From contig JBMOPW010000035.1 of NCBI GenBank assembly GCA_049322915.1, positions 64,001 to 128,000 of the forward strand: a stretch of 64,000 nt of DNA. Reading direction: 5' to 3'. Positions 37,525 to 47,372 of this stretch are shown here, one piece after another (within the stretch, counting starts at the first letter, position 1; each line of letters opens with the position of its first letter). Both the position numbers and the translations under genes were made by a program. The notes beneath the pieces are model-generated. The model did no database searches and was not told the DNA's origin. It saw only the letters and a program-made list of their open reading frames with translations. This DNA is from Candidatus Zhuqueibacterota bacterium. Lineage in GTDB: Bacteria > Zhuqueibacterota > Zhuqueibacteria > Thermofontimicrobiales > Thermofontimicrobiaceae.

Positions 37525-39396
37525 TTACAACTCATAGCTGAATTGGCTCATGAAAGTTCGTCCCGGCAATGGATAGCCTTTCATAATCGTGTACTGCGCG
37601 TCGAGCAAATTTTCAATCGCCAGGGACACTTCCATCCGCTGCAGGAGCCGGTACCGTAATTTCAAATGAACCAGCGTATACTCCGGCATTTTTTCAAATG
37701 TGGTCTGAAGCGGAAAAACATTCTCCTGATAACTGGAATAAAGGTCGCTCACATATTCGCCGTACAGGGCCAGATGCGCTTTGTTCCATGCATAATCCAG
37801 GAGGAAATTCAATTTGTTCGGTGAATAAGGGATCATTTTTTTTGACTTCAGGTACGAGTATGATGTTCGGATGAAGAAATGCTCCGCCGGTTTCACATTC
37901 AGCGCGACCTCCATTCCCATGGCTTCGTTTTCTCCAATGTTTTGATTCTGCTTCACGCCAGGGCTGATGACCACGGTTTCGATAAATTGATCGCCGCTGT
38001 AATAAAATCCGCAGATGTCAACGGACGCTGCCGGGCCAAAGGATTGATTGACGCCCATTTCGTAATTCCACAAACGCTCCGGGAGCAGATCCGGATTGGC
38101 CGGCGGGAACAGGAACAGGTCTTTGATGGACGGCGTGCGGAATCCTTTGGCAGCCGTAACGCGCAGCGACGTCTGCGAATATGGCTGAAACACAAGCCCG
38201 AATTTGGGTATCCATTCGCCGCCAAAATTTGAATTATGCTCGAACCGAACCCCGGAGGAGAGCGTCAACTTTTTCCGGAACAGCTTTTGCAAATGAACGT
38301 ACAGCGCGCGCTCATCGTTGAAAAAGGCGCCAAGTTTGACTCCATTGGTCCACGCTGCGCCGCCATAGCGCTTCACGTCACTCCCGATTGTCGTTTTTAT
38401 GTCCAGGGGCATATTGAAATTCTGGAAGAACAGGAACCCATTGGTCTGATCATCTGAGTCCCAGCCATCGGACAGTTTGTGCTTGCCAAAATTCCCATGT
38501 AATTTGATGGTTCCGTGGGTTCGAGCGAACGTATTGGTCAGGGTGATGTCCATGGAACTCCGGGTGATGTCGCCATAATCGAAATAGCCGTACAAATCGA
38601 TATTCTCCGGGCCGGGATCGTGGAATTCGTACGGATTCAGACTTCCGTTGAAACTCACCTGGAACCGCTCATTGATCTGATAGCCTAATTTCACGGCAAA
38701 ATCGTAGGCCTTGAAATCGGAGTTCGGCCGATCTCCATCGGATTGCTGATACCCCAACGCCGCGAAATAGCGAAACTTATCCACTGCTCCGCTATGCTGC
38801 AATTTCATCTTTTGAGTATTGAAACTGCCATACCCCAACTGCGCTTTGGTAGTGAAGCCGACTGCCGGGAGTTGCCGGGTGATGATGTTCACAACGCCGC
38901 CCATGGCATTGGTTCCGTATACCGCAGCGGCAGGACCGCGCAGCACTTCAATGTGATCGACATTGTCAACCAGATAGGCGTCATTGATGGGGTGGCTGAA
39001 AATGCCCTGAAAGTCCGGCCGGCCGTCGATGAGCATCAACACCTGGGAGTTGGAGCTACCGCCGACACCGCGGATTGTCACGCCGCCGGCTGCCAATGAG
39101 GACACGCCATAGCCGATGGATGAACGACGCGTTGTATAAACGCCCGGGGTCAGGTAGGAGATCAGATCCGCGACATTGGTGAATTGCGTGGTCTGAATGT
39201 CCGATGGGGAAATGACGGAGACGCTGGCGGCAGCATCTTTTTGACGCATCTCAAACCGCTGACCGGTCACGATGACCGGCCCATGTACGTATTTTACCGA
39301 ATCCGGTATCGCTGTGGATTCCTGCGCCGGGAGAGGATTTATCATCAGAGAGACTAAAAGGATCGTGCCGCTTACTGCGTTTTGAATGACGTTCAC
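37525..39396 (-). CDS. TonB-dependent receptor
   Basis: IRG..VLMLIDGRP, IEVLRGPA.AVYGTNAMGGVVNIIT, ENLLD..Y...PGR. Confidence 0.92.
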   Translation of the reverse strand: MNVIQNAVSGTILLVSLMINPLPAQESTAIPDSVKYVHGPVIVTGQRFEMRQKDAAASVSVISPSDIQTTQFTNVADLISYLTPGVYTTRRSSIGYGVSSLAAGGVTIRGVGGSSNSQVLMLIDGRPDFQGIFSHPINDAYLVDNVDHIEVLRGPAAAVYGTNAMGGVVNIITRQLPAVGFTTKAQLGYGSFNTQKMKLQHSGAVDKFRYFAALGYQQSDGDRPNSDFKAYDFAVKLGYQINERFQVSFNGSLNPYEFHDPGPENIDLYGYFDYGDITRSSMDITLTNTFARTHGTIKLHGNFGKHKLSDGWDSDDQTNGFLFFQNFNMPLDIKTTIGSDVKRYGGAAWTNGVKLGAFFNDERALYVHLQKLFRKKLTLSSGVRFEHNSNFGGEWIPKFGLVFQPYSQTSLRVTAAKGFRTPSIKDLFLFPPANPDLLPERLWNYEMGVNQSFGPAASVDICGFYYSGDQFIETVVISPGVKQNQNIGENEAMGMEVALNVKPAEHFFIRTSYSYLKSKKMIPYSPNKLNFLLDYAWNKAHLALYGEYVSDLYSSYQENVFPLQTTFEKMPEYTLVHLKLRYRLLQRMEVSLAIENLLDAQYTIMKGYPLPGRTFMSQFSYEL

Positions 39397-39448
39397 CTGT
39401 TCCTTCCTCCAGATTTGTTCAGTACTTTCGGTTTATTAGACTGCGTTG

Positions 39449-39475
39449 GTGTCACGTTTTTTAAAATTGTGCTAC
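39449..39475. promoter_or_regulatory. Putative NikR operator upstream of the TonB receptor
   Basis: GTGTCAC-N13-GTGCTAC. Confidence 0.65.
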
Positions 39476-39491
39476 CTGGGTCGAAAAAAAA

Positions 39492-39908
39492 TCAAACATC
39501 CTTGCCGGTGGTTGTCATCACCAGCTTTCCGTGCTTGACGCCTCGAAGGCTGATCAGTTTATCGGATATTTTTCGGATCGCCGCGGTTTTGCCCCGGACT
39601 GCGATCACCTCCAGGCAGTTATGATGATCAAGATGGATATGCGTCGCTGCAATGATTTGCTCGTTGAATTGGTGCTGAACGTTGGTCAGCATTTCGGTGA
39701 GTTCGCGGACGTGATGGTCGAAGATGATGGTAATTGTGCCCACGGATTCCGCTTCATCGTCGCCCCAATGCTGCAGCACCAGTTCGTTCCGAATCAGATC
39801 GCGAATCGCTTCCGATCGGTTCTTGTAGCTGCGCGCGAAAATGAGCTGATCAAATTTTTCCAACAATGCGTTTTCGATGGAAACGCCGAAACGAGTAATT
39901 TGGCTCAT
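39492..39908 (-). CDS. nikR: Nickel-responsive regulator
   Basis: RFGVSI...Y.NRSEAIRDLIR, HIHLDHHNCLEV; start placed at the ATG 8 nt after GGAG. Confidence 0.95.
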   Translation of the reverse strand: MSQITRFGVSIENALLEKFDQLIFARSYKNRSEAIRDLIRNELVLQHWGDDEAESVGTITIIFDHHVRELTEMLTNVQHQFNEQIIAATHIHLDHHNCLEVIAVRGKTAAIRKISDKLISLRGVKHGKLVMTTTGKDV

Positions 39909-39920
39909 GGTCATGTCTCC

Positions 39921-39966
39921 GTAGCACAATTTTCAGAATGATAACACAATTCTGGTAAAAAGTCAA
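39921..39966 (-). promoter_or_regulatory. nikR sigma-70 promoter overlapped by a putative NikR operator
   Basis: Minus strand TTGACT-N17-TATCAT; GTGTTAT-N13-GTGCTAC at 39947-39921. Confidence 0.65.
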
Positions 39967-40410
39967 GACAAAATTTTTATTTCTTACAGCGCGATAACAA
40001 CGACGATCGAATCGCCGGTCACACCTGGCGCTGCATCCTGAAAATACGGGCGTGAATTGTCTCTCTCCCACTGCTGCCGGAAACCGAATCGAGCATCCCT
40101 TCGGAACCGCCAACTCGCCGGACAGCGATTCATCCGCTCTCCGATTTCGACGAATCGCTCGATTACGGGAACGACAATTGATCACCGGAAAAATTATTGA
40201 GTTGCAAAAGTGAGAATAATTTGATATGTTATGGCTCCAAAAATTTGCACCCCATGGTCGGACTTTGGTATGATCGGGACGGGTTCGCGGAACCGCTCCG
40301 CTCTTCTCCGGTTAGAAGCGGAGCGAACGTCGCGTGAGTGGGATATCTCCGGTGGAGATTGCGAATAAAATGCAGGGGCGCTCCGGGGCTGCCCGGCTTT
40401 ATTGAAAAGG

Positions 40411-41025
40411 ATGAAATTGAAATCACGATTCACAACACGAGACATTGCACTTATTTCGCTTCTTGCAGCGCTGTGGGCCGCGCTCGAAATATCATTGGGC
40501 AGCGCGTTGAAGCTGTTCAAAATCCCGTTCTCAGGTTCTATCCTGACGTTTTTGGGATTGTTCATCATCTTCGCCGGCCGCTGCTCTCTCTCCAGACGCG
40601 GGAGCGTGGTCATTATGGGCGCCACAACCGCGTTTCTCAAGCTCGTTTATTTGGGTGGACTGGCGCTGTTTCCGGTCACTGGAATATTGATCGAATCGGT
40701 TCTGGTCGAATTGATCCTGAAAAAGCAACCACCGACTCGAATAGAATTTTTAGTCGCTGGTTCTGCCGGACTGCTCTGGAGTCTGTTTCACCCGTTCTTC
40801 GCGCAGGGCGTGCTGGCTGGCTGGGGCTTGCTCCGGGTTTATGTGCTTGTTATCGAGAGGGGCACGCGCTTGCTGGGAATAGAGTCTCAGTATGCCTGGA
40901 TTGTCTTCGCTGTTTTAATCTTCATCCATGCCGCGTTGGGGCTGCTGGCTGGTTCGCTGGGCTGGAAATTTTCTCGCATCATTTTGCACCGCTCGCACAC
41001 GGCGCCCGTCCATAAAATTGCATAA
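40411..41025 (+). CDS. Membrane protein, ECF S-component-like
   Basis: About 6 hydrophobic helices; the correct frame among overlapping ORFs. Confidence 0.6.
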   Translation: MKLKSRFTTRDIALISLLAALWAALEISLGSALKLFKIPFSGSILTFLGLFIIFAGRCSLSRRGSVVIMGATTAFLKLVYLGGLALFPVTGILIESVLVELILKKQPPTRIEFLVAGSAGLLWSLFHPFFAQGVLAGWGLLRVYVLVIERGTRLLGIESQYAWIVFAVLIFIHAALGLLAGSLGWKFSRIILHRSHTAPVHKIA

Positions 41026-41315
41026 CTATTTATTCTCGATTCCCTTGGCCGCCATTTCCAACTGGTCGGAAGCGATGACTGCGGGCTTGCCAATGAGGGC
41101 CAAATCGCGGACATACTCTGCCGACGCTCCATTTTCCGCGGCGACGCAGGCTTTAAATGCAATCTCGGCGATTGGCAAACAGCATTCAGCCATCAGCTCT
41201 TTCAAAAGCAATAAATAGAAACAGTTGCAGGGTTTCACCCATCTGGTGACAGGATAATTCCATCTGAACATGCTGTTATTCCTGTCGCTTGATCGCTTCT
41301 TTTAGGTTGATATAA

Positions 41316-41347
41316 GAAAGGCAGCGCAGAACGTGCATTCTGCGCCA
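41316..41347 (-). terminator. Intrinsic terminator
   Basis: GCGCAGAA-N6-TTCTGCGC followed on the minus strand by TGCCTTTCTT. Confidence 0.5.
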
Positions 41348-41372
41348 CCGCATTACTCACGAATCGAAATGT

Positions 41373-43256
41373 TTACCGCGCCAGGATCATCTTTCTCACC
41401 TGGTCTGCTTCAGCCGTTTTCAGCCGATAGAAATAAACGCCGCTGGTGACCCGCGCCCCGGCGTCGCTTCGGCCATCCCAGGAAATTTGATGAAGGCCGG
41501 CATCCATGTGGCCGTCAATCAGCGTTCGAATGAACTGGCCGCGGGCGTTGAAAATCGTCAATCGAACCTCCATTGGCCGTGGCAGTGCAAAAGAAATCTG
41601 GGTTGATGGATTGAATGGATTGGGATAATTCTGGATCAGCTCAATAGTTTCGGGCAGTGTCGAAGGATCCATATCGCTCACCGCGCTGCCCTCGGAGAGG
41701 ATGAAATTCTGTCCTGTCTGCTGCATCCCGGTGAAAATATCCAGATACAGCATGGCAGGCGTCGAATGGTAATTCGCCTGATATACACCGATTTGCCAGT
41801 ATCCCTCCGGGATATTTTCAAAGGAATAATTGCCGGCTCCGTCGGTGTAGCTGATCAAATAACCCTGAGCATTCAATTCATTATCATTCACGGCAACGAC
41901 GTAGACATCCGCTGCCGGCGCACCGCTGGCGTAGCTCACAGCGCCCGAAACGGACGTGACTCCGGCATCCACATCGAAATCGAAATCCTTGCCGGTCACC
42001 GTTTGATTCTCGCCGACAGCCACCTGCTGATAACCAAACGCCGGCGTCGTTAATGTGTAGCCATCCTTTGTCGCCTGCAACATGGTCAGCACACCCGGCT
42101 TGACTCCCAATCGATAATCACCATTGTCATCGCTGAGAGTCTGGTAAAAGTTCAACTCGAATGTGGTGAAATCCATGGCCATTCCATTTACAGTCACCCC
42201 GGCAAGACCGGCCCCATCGATCGTGCATTTGCCGGTGATGAACGACGTGTATTTTTTGAACACGAAATTCGATGTCAGCGTTTCATTTTCGCTGATCGTC
42301 AGTGTGTCAGTCTCCGGTTCAACGTAGCTATCGGTCGGCCAGGGGAAACCCTGATTGAAACCGGCATTGGCCAGATAACTCACCACGATATACACTGTCC
42401 CGGGCATCACGCCAATTCGGTACTGGCCCTGGGCATTGCTCATGGAATAGGAGAAGAAATCGGTCATTTCATCGGACCCGGCATAGATAAACACGCCGGG
42501 AACCGGCGTTCCCTCTTCGGTGGCGAGCTGACCTTCCACGAAACATGGGAACAGCGCCAGACTGATGTCCACTGTTTGGTTTTCAGCGCCGGTCACAGTC
42601 ACGTTCACCGTATCTGAAGGCTGATGATTGGGCACAATTTCGTACGCGACGACCTTCCAGTTGCCGGGAATGACAGCAATTTTGTAATCCCCGTTGGCGT
42701 CGGAAATGGCGCCGCGTGTCTCACCTGTACTTTCAGCCGTGACAATCACATTTTGAATCGGATTACCAGTGGTCTGATCCGTCACCCTTCCCATGATGAA
42801 TGGCGGCTGGTATTCCGCCAGAATCGTGAACTGCACCTGATCTGTGGAGCCGTCTTCATCCGTCATCCGGAAGATGCCGGTCATGCCGGTCGGCACCAGC
42901 ACCTCTTCCATGTCGAAAGTGACAGTCGTGGTTATTTTGCCATCGACGCCGGTCTCGTCGCCGGGCAAATCGTTCTCAGGCGCGTTCGGATCGCGAATCC
43001 AGCCAATGCCGTCAGTGATAATATTGAAGCCAAACGTGGGTTCCTGAAAGTTGATTTGTCCATCGCCATCGATATCAAGAAAATATTCAATAATCAGGCT
43101 ATTACCGGCCCGGGCCAGATCGCCGGTGAAGACGAACTCTGCCGGGAACTGAGTCACCTGAATTGATTTCTGACCGTTCAATTTGGCGTTGGTAATTCCC
43201 AAGACCACCGCCGGGACAAATAAAAGCACTACAAAAAAAATGATACATCGTCTCAT
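41373..43256 (-). CDS. Secreted protein with carboxypeptidase-regulatory-like repeats and a FlgD/T9SS-type C-terminal domain
   Basis: Signal peptide after AGGAGG; repeated G.V.D..G.P...SD.NG.Y units; QNYPNPFNPST...SGVYFYRL. Confidence 0.85.
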   Translation of the reverse strand: MRRCIIFFVVLLFVPAVVLGITNAKLNGQKSIQVTQFPAEFVFTGDLARAGNSLIIEYFLDIDGDGQINFQEPTFGFNIITDGIGWIRDPNAPENDLPGDETGVDGKITTTVTFDMEEVLVPTGMTGIFRMTDEDGSTDQVQFTILAEYQPPFIMGRVTDQTTGNPIQNVIVTAESTGETRGAISDANGDYKIAVIPGNWKVVAYEIVPNHQPSDTVNVTVTGAENQTVDISLALFPCFVEGQLATEEGTPVPGVFIYAGSDEMTDFFSYSMSNAQGQYRIGVMPGTVYIVVSYLANAGFNQGFPWPTDSYVEPETDTLTISENETLTSNFVFKKYTSFITGKCTIDGAGLAGVTVNGMAMDFTTFELNFYQTLSDDNGDYRLGVKPGVLTMLQATKDGYTLTTPAFGYQQVAVGENQTVTGKDFDFDVDAGVTSVSGAVSYASGAPAADVYVVAVNDNELNAQGYLISYTDGAGNYSFENIPEGYWQIGVYQANYHSTPAMLYLDIFTGMQQTGQNFILSEGSAVSDMDPSTLPETIELIQNYPNPFNPSTQISFALPRPMEVRLTIFNARGQFIRTLIDGHMDAGLHQISWDGRSDAGARVTSGVYFYRLKTAEADQVRKMILAR

Positions 43257-43519
43257 GTCGTTTACCTCCTGGATGTTATTCAAATGAGATTTTACAATGG
43301 CTGCGCGAGCCGGATGTTCGCTCAGGCTGCAACCGAAATATTTAAAATGACAAACTAAAAATACGGTAATTCTTCAAAGAAGCAAGTCATTTTTAATATG
43401 TTAACTTTTTTTCTTTTATTTGAAATGCCATGATTTTCAATTCTGAAATTAGAAATCTCCGGCCCGATTCCACGGTAACTGAGTAGTCATTTGTAGTACA
43501 CAAAGACTGCCAACCGATC

Positions 43520-43541
43520 GTTCGGGATTGTCATCCCGAAC
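43520..43541. repeat. REP-like palindrome
   Basis: GTTCGGGAT-TGTC-ATCCCGAAC. Confidence 0.55.
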
Positions 43542-43677
43542 AAAATATTTTTGTAACTGCTCAGCCACCAAGTCTCAAAGGCGCGAATAAAAAGATACAT
43601 CTAACCTGAATTATTCATGAACTTGCTCAGAATTTGATTCAACATTCAGATTTTCAATTAGCTAAAGGCTAAGCTAT

Positions 43678-43828
43678 GTATCCACTCAATAAAAGATGGA
43701 AATGCCATTGCGAGGAACGTTTTCTGTGACGAAGCAATCCCGTGATTTACCCCAGGAGATTGCTTCGTCCCGATAAATCGGGACTTCGCAATGACACGTT
43801 TTCTTACCATAACTTATTGAGCGGATAC
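43678..43828. mobile_element. MITE (151 bp) with 15-bp terminal inverted repeats and 8-bp target-site duplication
   Basis: GTATCCACTCAATAA ... TTATTGAGCGGATAC (1 mismatch), flanked by TAAGCTAT at 43670-77 and 43829-36. Confidence 0.85.
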
Positions 43829-44275
43829 TAAGCTATTTTGAAACTCAGTTTGTATACGTTTATTCTAAAAAGAGCACCATTCAGGTTAGCCAGCCTCCTT
43901 TAAAAATACTATGAATAATGCAGGCTGAATTCTCGATTCAGAAAAGCTGAACGTGGTTTAAAGAAATTGAATCTCACAAGATATGGTGGCTGACCAGTTA
44001 CATTCGCGGTTCAGAAACCGGACTGATTTTAAACTTGATTTTGTCCTGCGTTTTTTTTATTATTGAACTGTCCTCCAAAATACGCAGTGCGTTTTTTTCA
44101 AGAAAATAGCGCCCGTTCGCCACATTAACCAGACCAGGATTTTCAATGTTTGCTTTGCTGAAAAAAATCATGGAAACCATTCACCCCAAATAGCAAAGGG
44201 AATGCGACTCGGCGGCTCAGCGTTTCATGATCATGTAACCAAATCCCATCAGTCCGCGTCACAAATCATGACGAT

Positions 44276-47200
44276 ATGAACCTGATAAAGCTTTCCATCG
44301 AACGACCGGTAGCGGTCTCCATGTTTTTTCTTGCCGTAATTGTCACTGGATTTATGTCCCTCTCGCGACTGCCACTGGAGCTAACGCCGGATGTGGATTA
44401 TCCCCAGCTATCCGTGACGACGAGCTGGCCCAACAGCTCCGCTGAGATGGTGGAAGCCTTTATCACGGCGCCCATTGAAGCGGTCGCCCAGACGCTGGCC
44501 GATGTGCATAAAGTGAGCTCCGTTTCCAACGAGGGAAGCTCCAGCATCACCATCGAGTTGCTGCGCGAGGCCAATGTCGATTTCATCGCCCTGGAATTGA
44601 ACGAAAAATTGGCGGTCATCCGAAAACAGCTCCCCTACGGCTCAACCGCGCCGAAGATCGATAAGTACATTCCCAGGGAATTTCAGACCGAAGCGTTTTT
44701 GTCCTACCAGCTATTTGGCGATTTCACGCCGCTGGAAGTTCGACAATATGCGCTCAAGCATATTCACGGCGCGCTGTTGGGCGTGGACGGCGTCGCTGAC
44801 GTCTTGATTTTCGGCGGTCAGGATGAGGAAATCCACATCGTCCTGGACGAGGCCAAAATGAAATTGTTGGGTTTGCGCTATAGCGAGATCACGTCGGCCA
44901 TTCGCGAAATGTCGGTTGAATCCACCGCAGGGCGAATTTACCGGGGCGACTATAAATACGACATCGTGGTCAGAAATCCCATCCGATCGGTTGCCGAAAT
45001 TTCCTCGATCCAAATGAAAAATGATCGAAATCAGCTCGTCCGCCTGTACGACATTGCCAGGATCAACCACAGCGTGCAGGACGTGCGGCAGATCAGCCGC
45101 ATCAATGGCAATCCGGCCATTCGCATCGAAATTGTCCGGGAACCAGGAACGAACACGATAAAAGTGGCTGATCAGGTGTTCGCGAAAATCGAAGAACTGC
45201 AGAAAAAGTTTCCGGCAACAATGAGCCTGATAAAGGAGTTCGACCAGAGCGAACGGATTCGGAAAGAACTGAAAGACCTGACCTATCGCGCTCTGTTCTC
45301 CATCGTTGTCATTTTTCTGGTGCTGTTATTTTTCATGCGCAGATTCCGGCTGCCGTTCATCATTCTCTCGACCATATTTTTCTCCGTGCTGCTCACCATC
45401 AATTTTTTCTACGCCGCTGATATCGGGCTGAATCTGCTGACACTGGCCGGCCTCTCGCTGGGATTCGGCATGCTGGTGGATAATGCCATTGTCGTGCTGG
45501 ACAGCATTTACCGTCACTGGCGCAACAATCTGCCACTGAAGGACGCCTGTATTCAGGGCACGTCTGCGGTGAGCCTGGCCATTGTGACCACAACGCTCAC
45601 CACGGTTGTCGCGTTTCTGCCCTTCCTTTACCTTACCGGCACATTGAGACTTTATTACTTTCCTTTTGTCAGTTCCGTTGGTTTTTCACTGCTCTCTTCA
45701 TTGCTCATTGCATTCACATTTATGCCCTCATTAGCCAACCAGATACTCCGCCGCGAATTCTCGCTGCAAAATCAACCGCCGCGGCAGCGCTATCTGGATA
45801 CCAAGGGCAGAGCGATCTACCAGCAGTTGCTCAAATGGACGCTTGGCCATCGCTTCGTCACAGTGCTGCTCACGGCGCTCATTCTGTCGGGCAGCTTTTA
45901 TATCTTTGATAAATATGTCACCAAAGGACAAATCTGGAGCGGCTGGGGCTCGGACACCTATGTCGCCATTTCCATCGGGATGCCAGCCGGCGCGGACATT
46001 GAAAACACGGATAAAGTCGCTCGTTTTTTTGAGGAGAAGCTAATCGGACAGAAGGGCGTCCAAAAATTTGTCACCAATATTTACAATAAAGAGCAGGCCT
46101 CCATCCGAGTCACATTTCCGGATTCGCTGCATTTCACAACAGCGCCGCTCATCGTGAAAGAAAAGATGACGGCGGCCGCAGTGCAACTGGCTGGTATCTC
46201 CATCAGCGTTTATGGATTTGGACCGGGTTTCTACAGCGGTGGCGGCGGCAGCAGCGCCAGTTTCAGATTGAAAGTGCTGGGCTATAATTACAACGAAGTC
46301 AAAAACATTGCCGAACATGTTGGACAAAAACTACAGCGATACAGCCGCGTCCGCGATGTCGATGTGAGTAGTTCCGGCTGGGGCTGGCGCGATAATCGTT
46401 CCGAAATCACCCTGACATTGGACCGCGATGAAATTGCCAAATACAAACTCTCCAATTTCGATGTGTTGCAACAGGTGCAGGCCTATCTACGCGAAAGCCT
46501 GGATTTGAGTAAATTGAAAATCGATGGCCGCGAGGTGTCCTATCGGATCAAAATGGAAGGCTATCATAATTTCACACTGGAGGATTTCAAAAATCTGCTG
46601 CTGGTTTCGCCCGCCGGGGAATCGGTGCGGCTGGAGCGCCTGGCGTCCATTGACGAGAGAAAAGTCATGTCCAGCATCGTGCGCGAAGACCAGCAATATC
46701 GGCGCTGGGTGACATTCGAATATCGCGGCCCGTATAAACTGGGCGATCAACTGGTGGAGACGATTATTAAGACAACCCATCTGCCGGCCGGGTATGAATT
46801 GTCGCGGGAACGCTGGGATTACTTGCAGGACAAGGAGAAGAAGCAGATATATCTCGTTCTGAGTTTGTCTGTATTGCTTGTCTTCATCGTGACGGGCGCG
46901 CTGTTTGAGTCGTTCCGGCAGCCGACCATCATTCTCACCACAATACCGCTCGCGCTGATCGGAATTTTCCTGATCTTCTACCTGACAGATACCAATTTCG
47001 ACCAATCAGCCTACATCGGTGTGATCTTTCTGTCCGGGATTGTTGTGAACAATGGCATCATTCTCGTGGATCACATCAATTTCCTGCGCCGGAAGGGGAT
47101 GCAGAAATCCGAGGCCATCATCACCGGGGCGTCCGAACGAGTCCGACCCATTTTGATGACCACAGCTACCACTATTTTCGGTCTGTTGCCGCTGGTTCTT

Positions 47201-47338
47201 TTCTCGCAGGAAGAAAAGAGCATCTGGTACTCGCTGTCCATCGCCACGATCGGCGGTCTGATCAGCTCGGCGTTCTTTGTGCTGATGGTGATTCCTGTGT
47301 TTTACGATCTAGTGAGCGGGAAGAAGGACGTCCGTTGA
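44276..47338 (+). CDS. RND efflux transporter permease subunit (AcrB family)
   Basis: 1020 aa; SIERPVA, GMLVDNAIVV, RVRPILMT. Confidence 0.92.
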   Translation: MNLIKLSIERPVAVSMFFLAVIVTGFMSLSRLPLELTPDVDYPQLSVTTSWPNSSAEMVEAFITAPIEAVAQTLADVHKVSSVSNEGSSSITIELLREANVDFIALELNEKLAVIRKQLPYGSTAPKIDKYIPREFQTEAFLSYQLFGDFTPLEVRQYALKHIHGALLGVDGVADVLIFGGQDEEIHIVLDEAKMKLLGLRYSEITSAIREMSVESTAGRIYRGDYKYDIVVRNPIRSVAEISSIQMKNDRNQLVRLYDIARINHSVQDVRQISRINGNPAIRIEIVREPGTNTIKVADQVFAKIEELQKKFPATMSLIKEFDQSERIRKELKDLTYRALFSIVVIFLVLLFFMRRFRLPFIILSTIFFSVLLTINFFYAADIGLNLLTLAGLSLGFGMLVDNAIVVLDSIYRHWRNNLPLKDACIQGTSAVSLAIVTTTLTTVVAFLPFLYLTGTLRLYYFPFVSSVGFSLLSSLLIAFTFMPSLANQILRREFSLQNQPPRQRYLDTKGRAIYQQLLKWTLGHRFVTVLLTALILSGSFYIFDKYVTKGQIWSGWGSDTYVAISIGMPAGADIENTDKVARFFEEKLIGQKGVQKFVTNIYNKEQASIRVTFPDSLHFTTAPLIVKEKMTAAAVQLAGISISVYGFGPGFYSGGGGSSASFRLKVLGYNYNEVKNIAEHVGQKLQRYSRVRDVDVSSSGWGWRDNRSEITLTLDRDEIAKYKLSNFDVLQQVQAYLRESLDLSKLKIDGREVSYRIKMEGYHNFTLEDFKNLLLVSPAGESVRLERLASIDERKVMSSIVREDQQYRRWVTFEYRGPYKLGDQLVETIIKTTHLPAGYELSRERWDYLQDKEKKQIYLVLSLSVLLVFIVTGALFESFRQPTIILTTIPLALIGIFLIFYLTDTNFDQSAYIGVIFLSGIVVNNGIILVDHINFLRRKGMQKSEAIITGASERVRPILMTTATTIFGLLPLVLFSQEEKSIWYSLSIATIGGLISSAFFVLMVIPVFYDLVSGKKDVR

Positions 47339-47372
47339 CCGGCGCCCCGGGTTACAAAGGCGCGGTATCCCG

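Noticed and set aside
40200..40400. Cobalamin riboswitch before the ECF-like gene
   Set aside because: A hairpin (CGCTCCG...CGGAGCG) is present but the B12-box and GCCACTG/GGGAAG elements are not.
40338..41015. 225-aa alternative-frame ORF
   Set aside because: It overlaps the hydrophobic 40411-41025 ORF on the same strand and has no protein-like composition.
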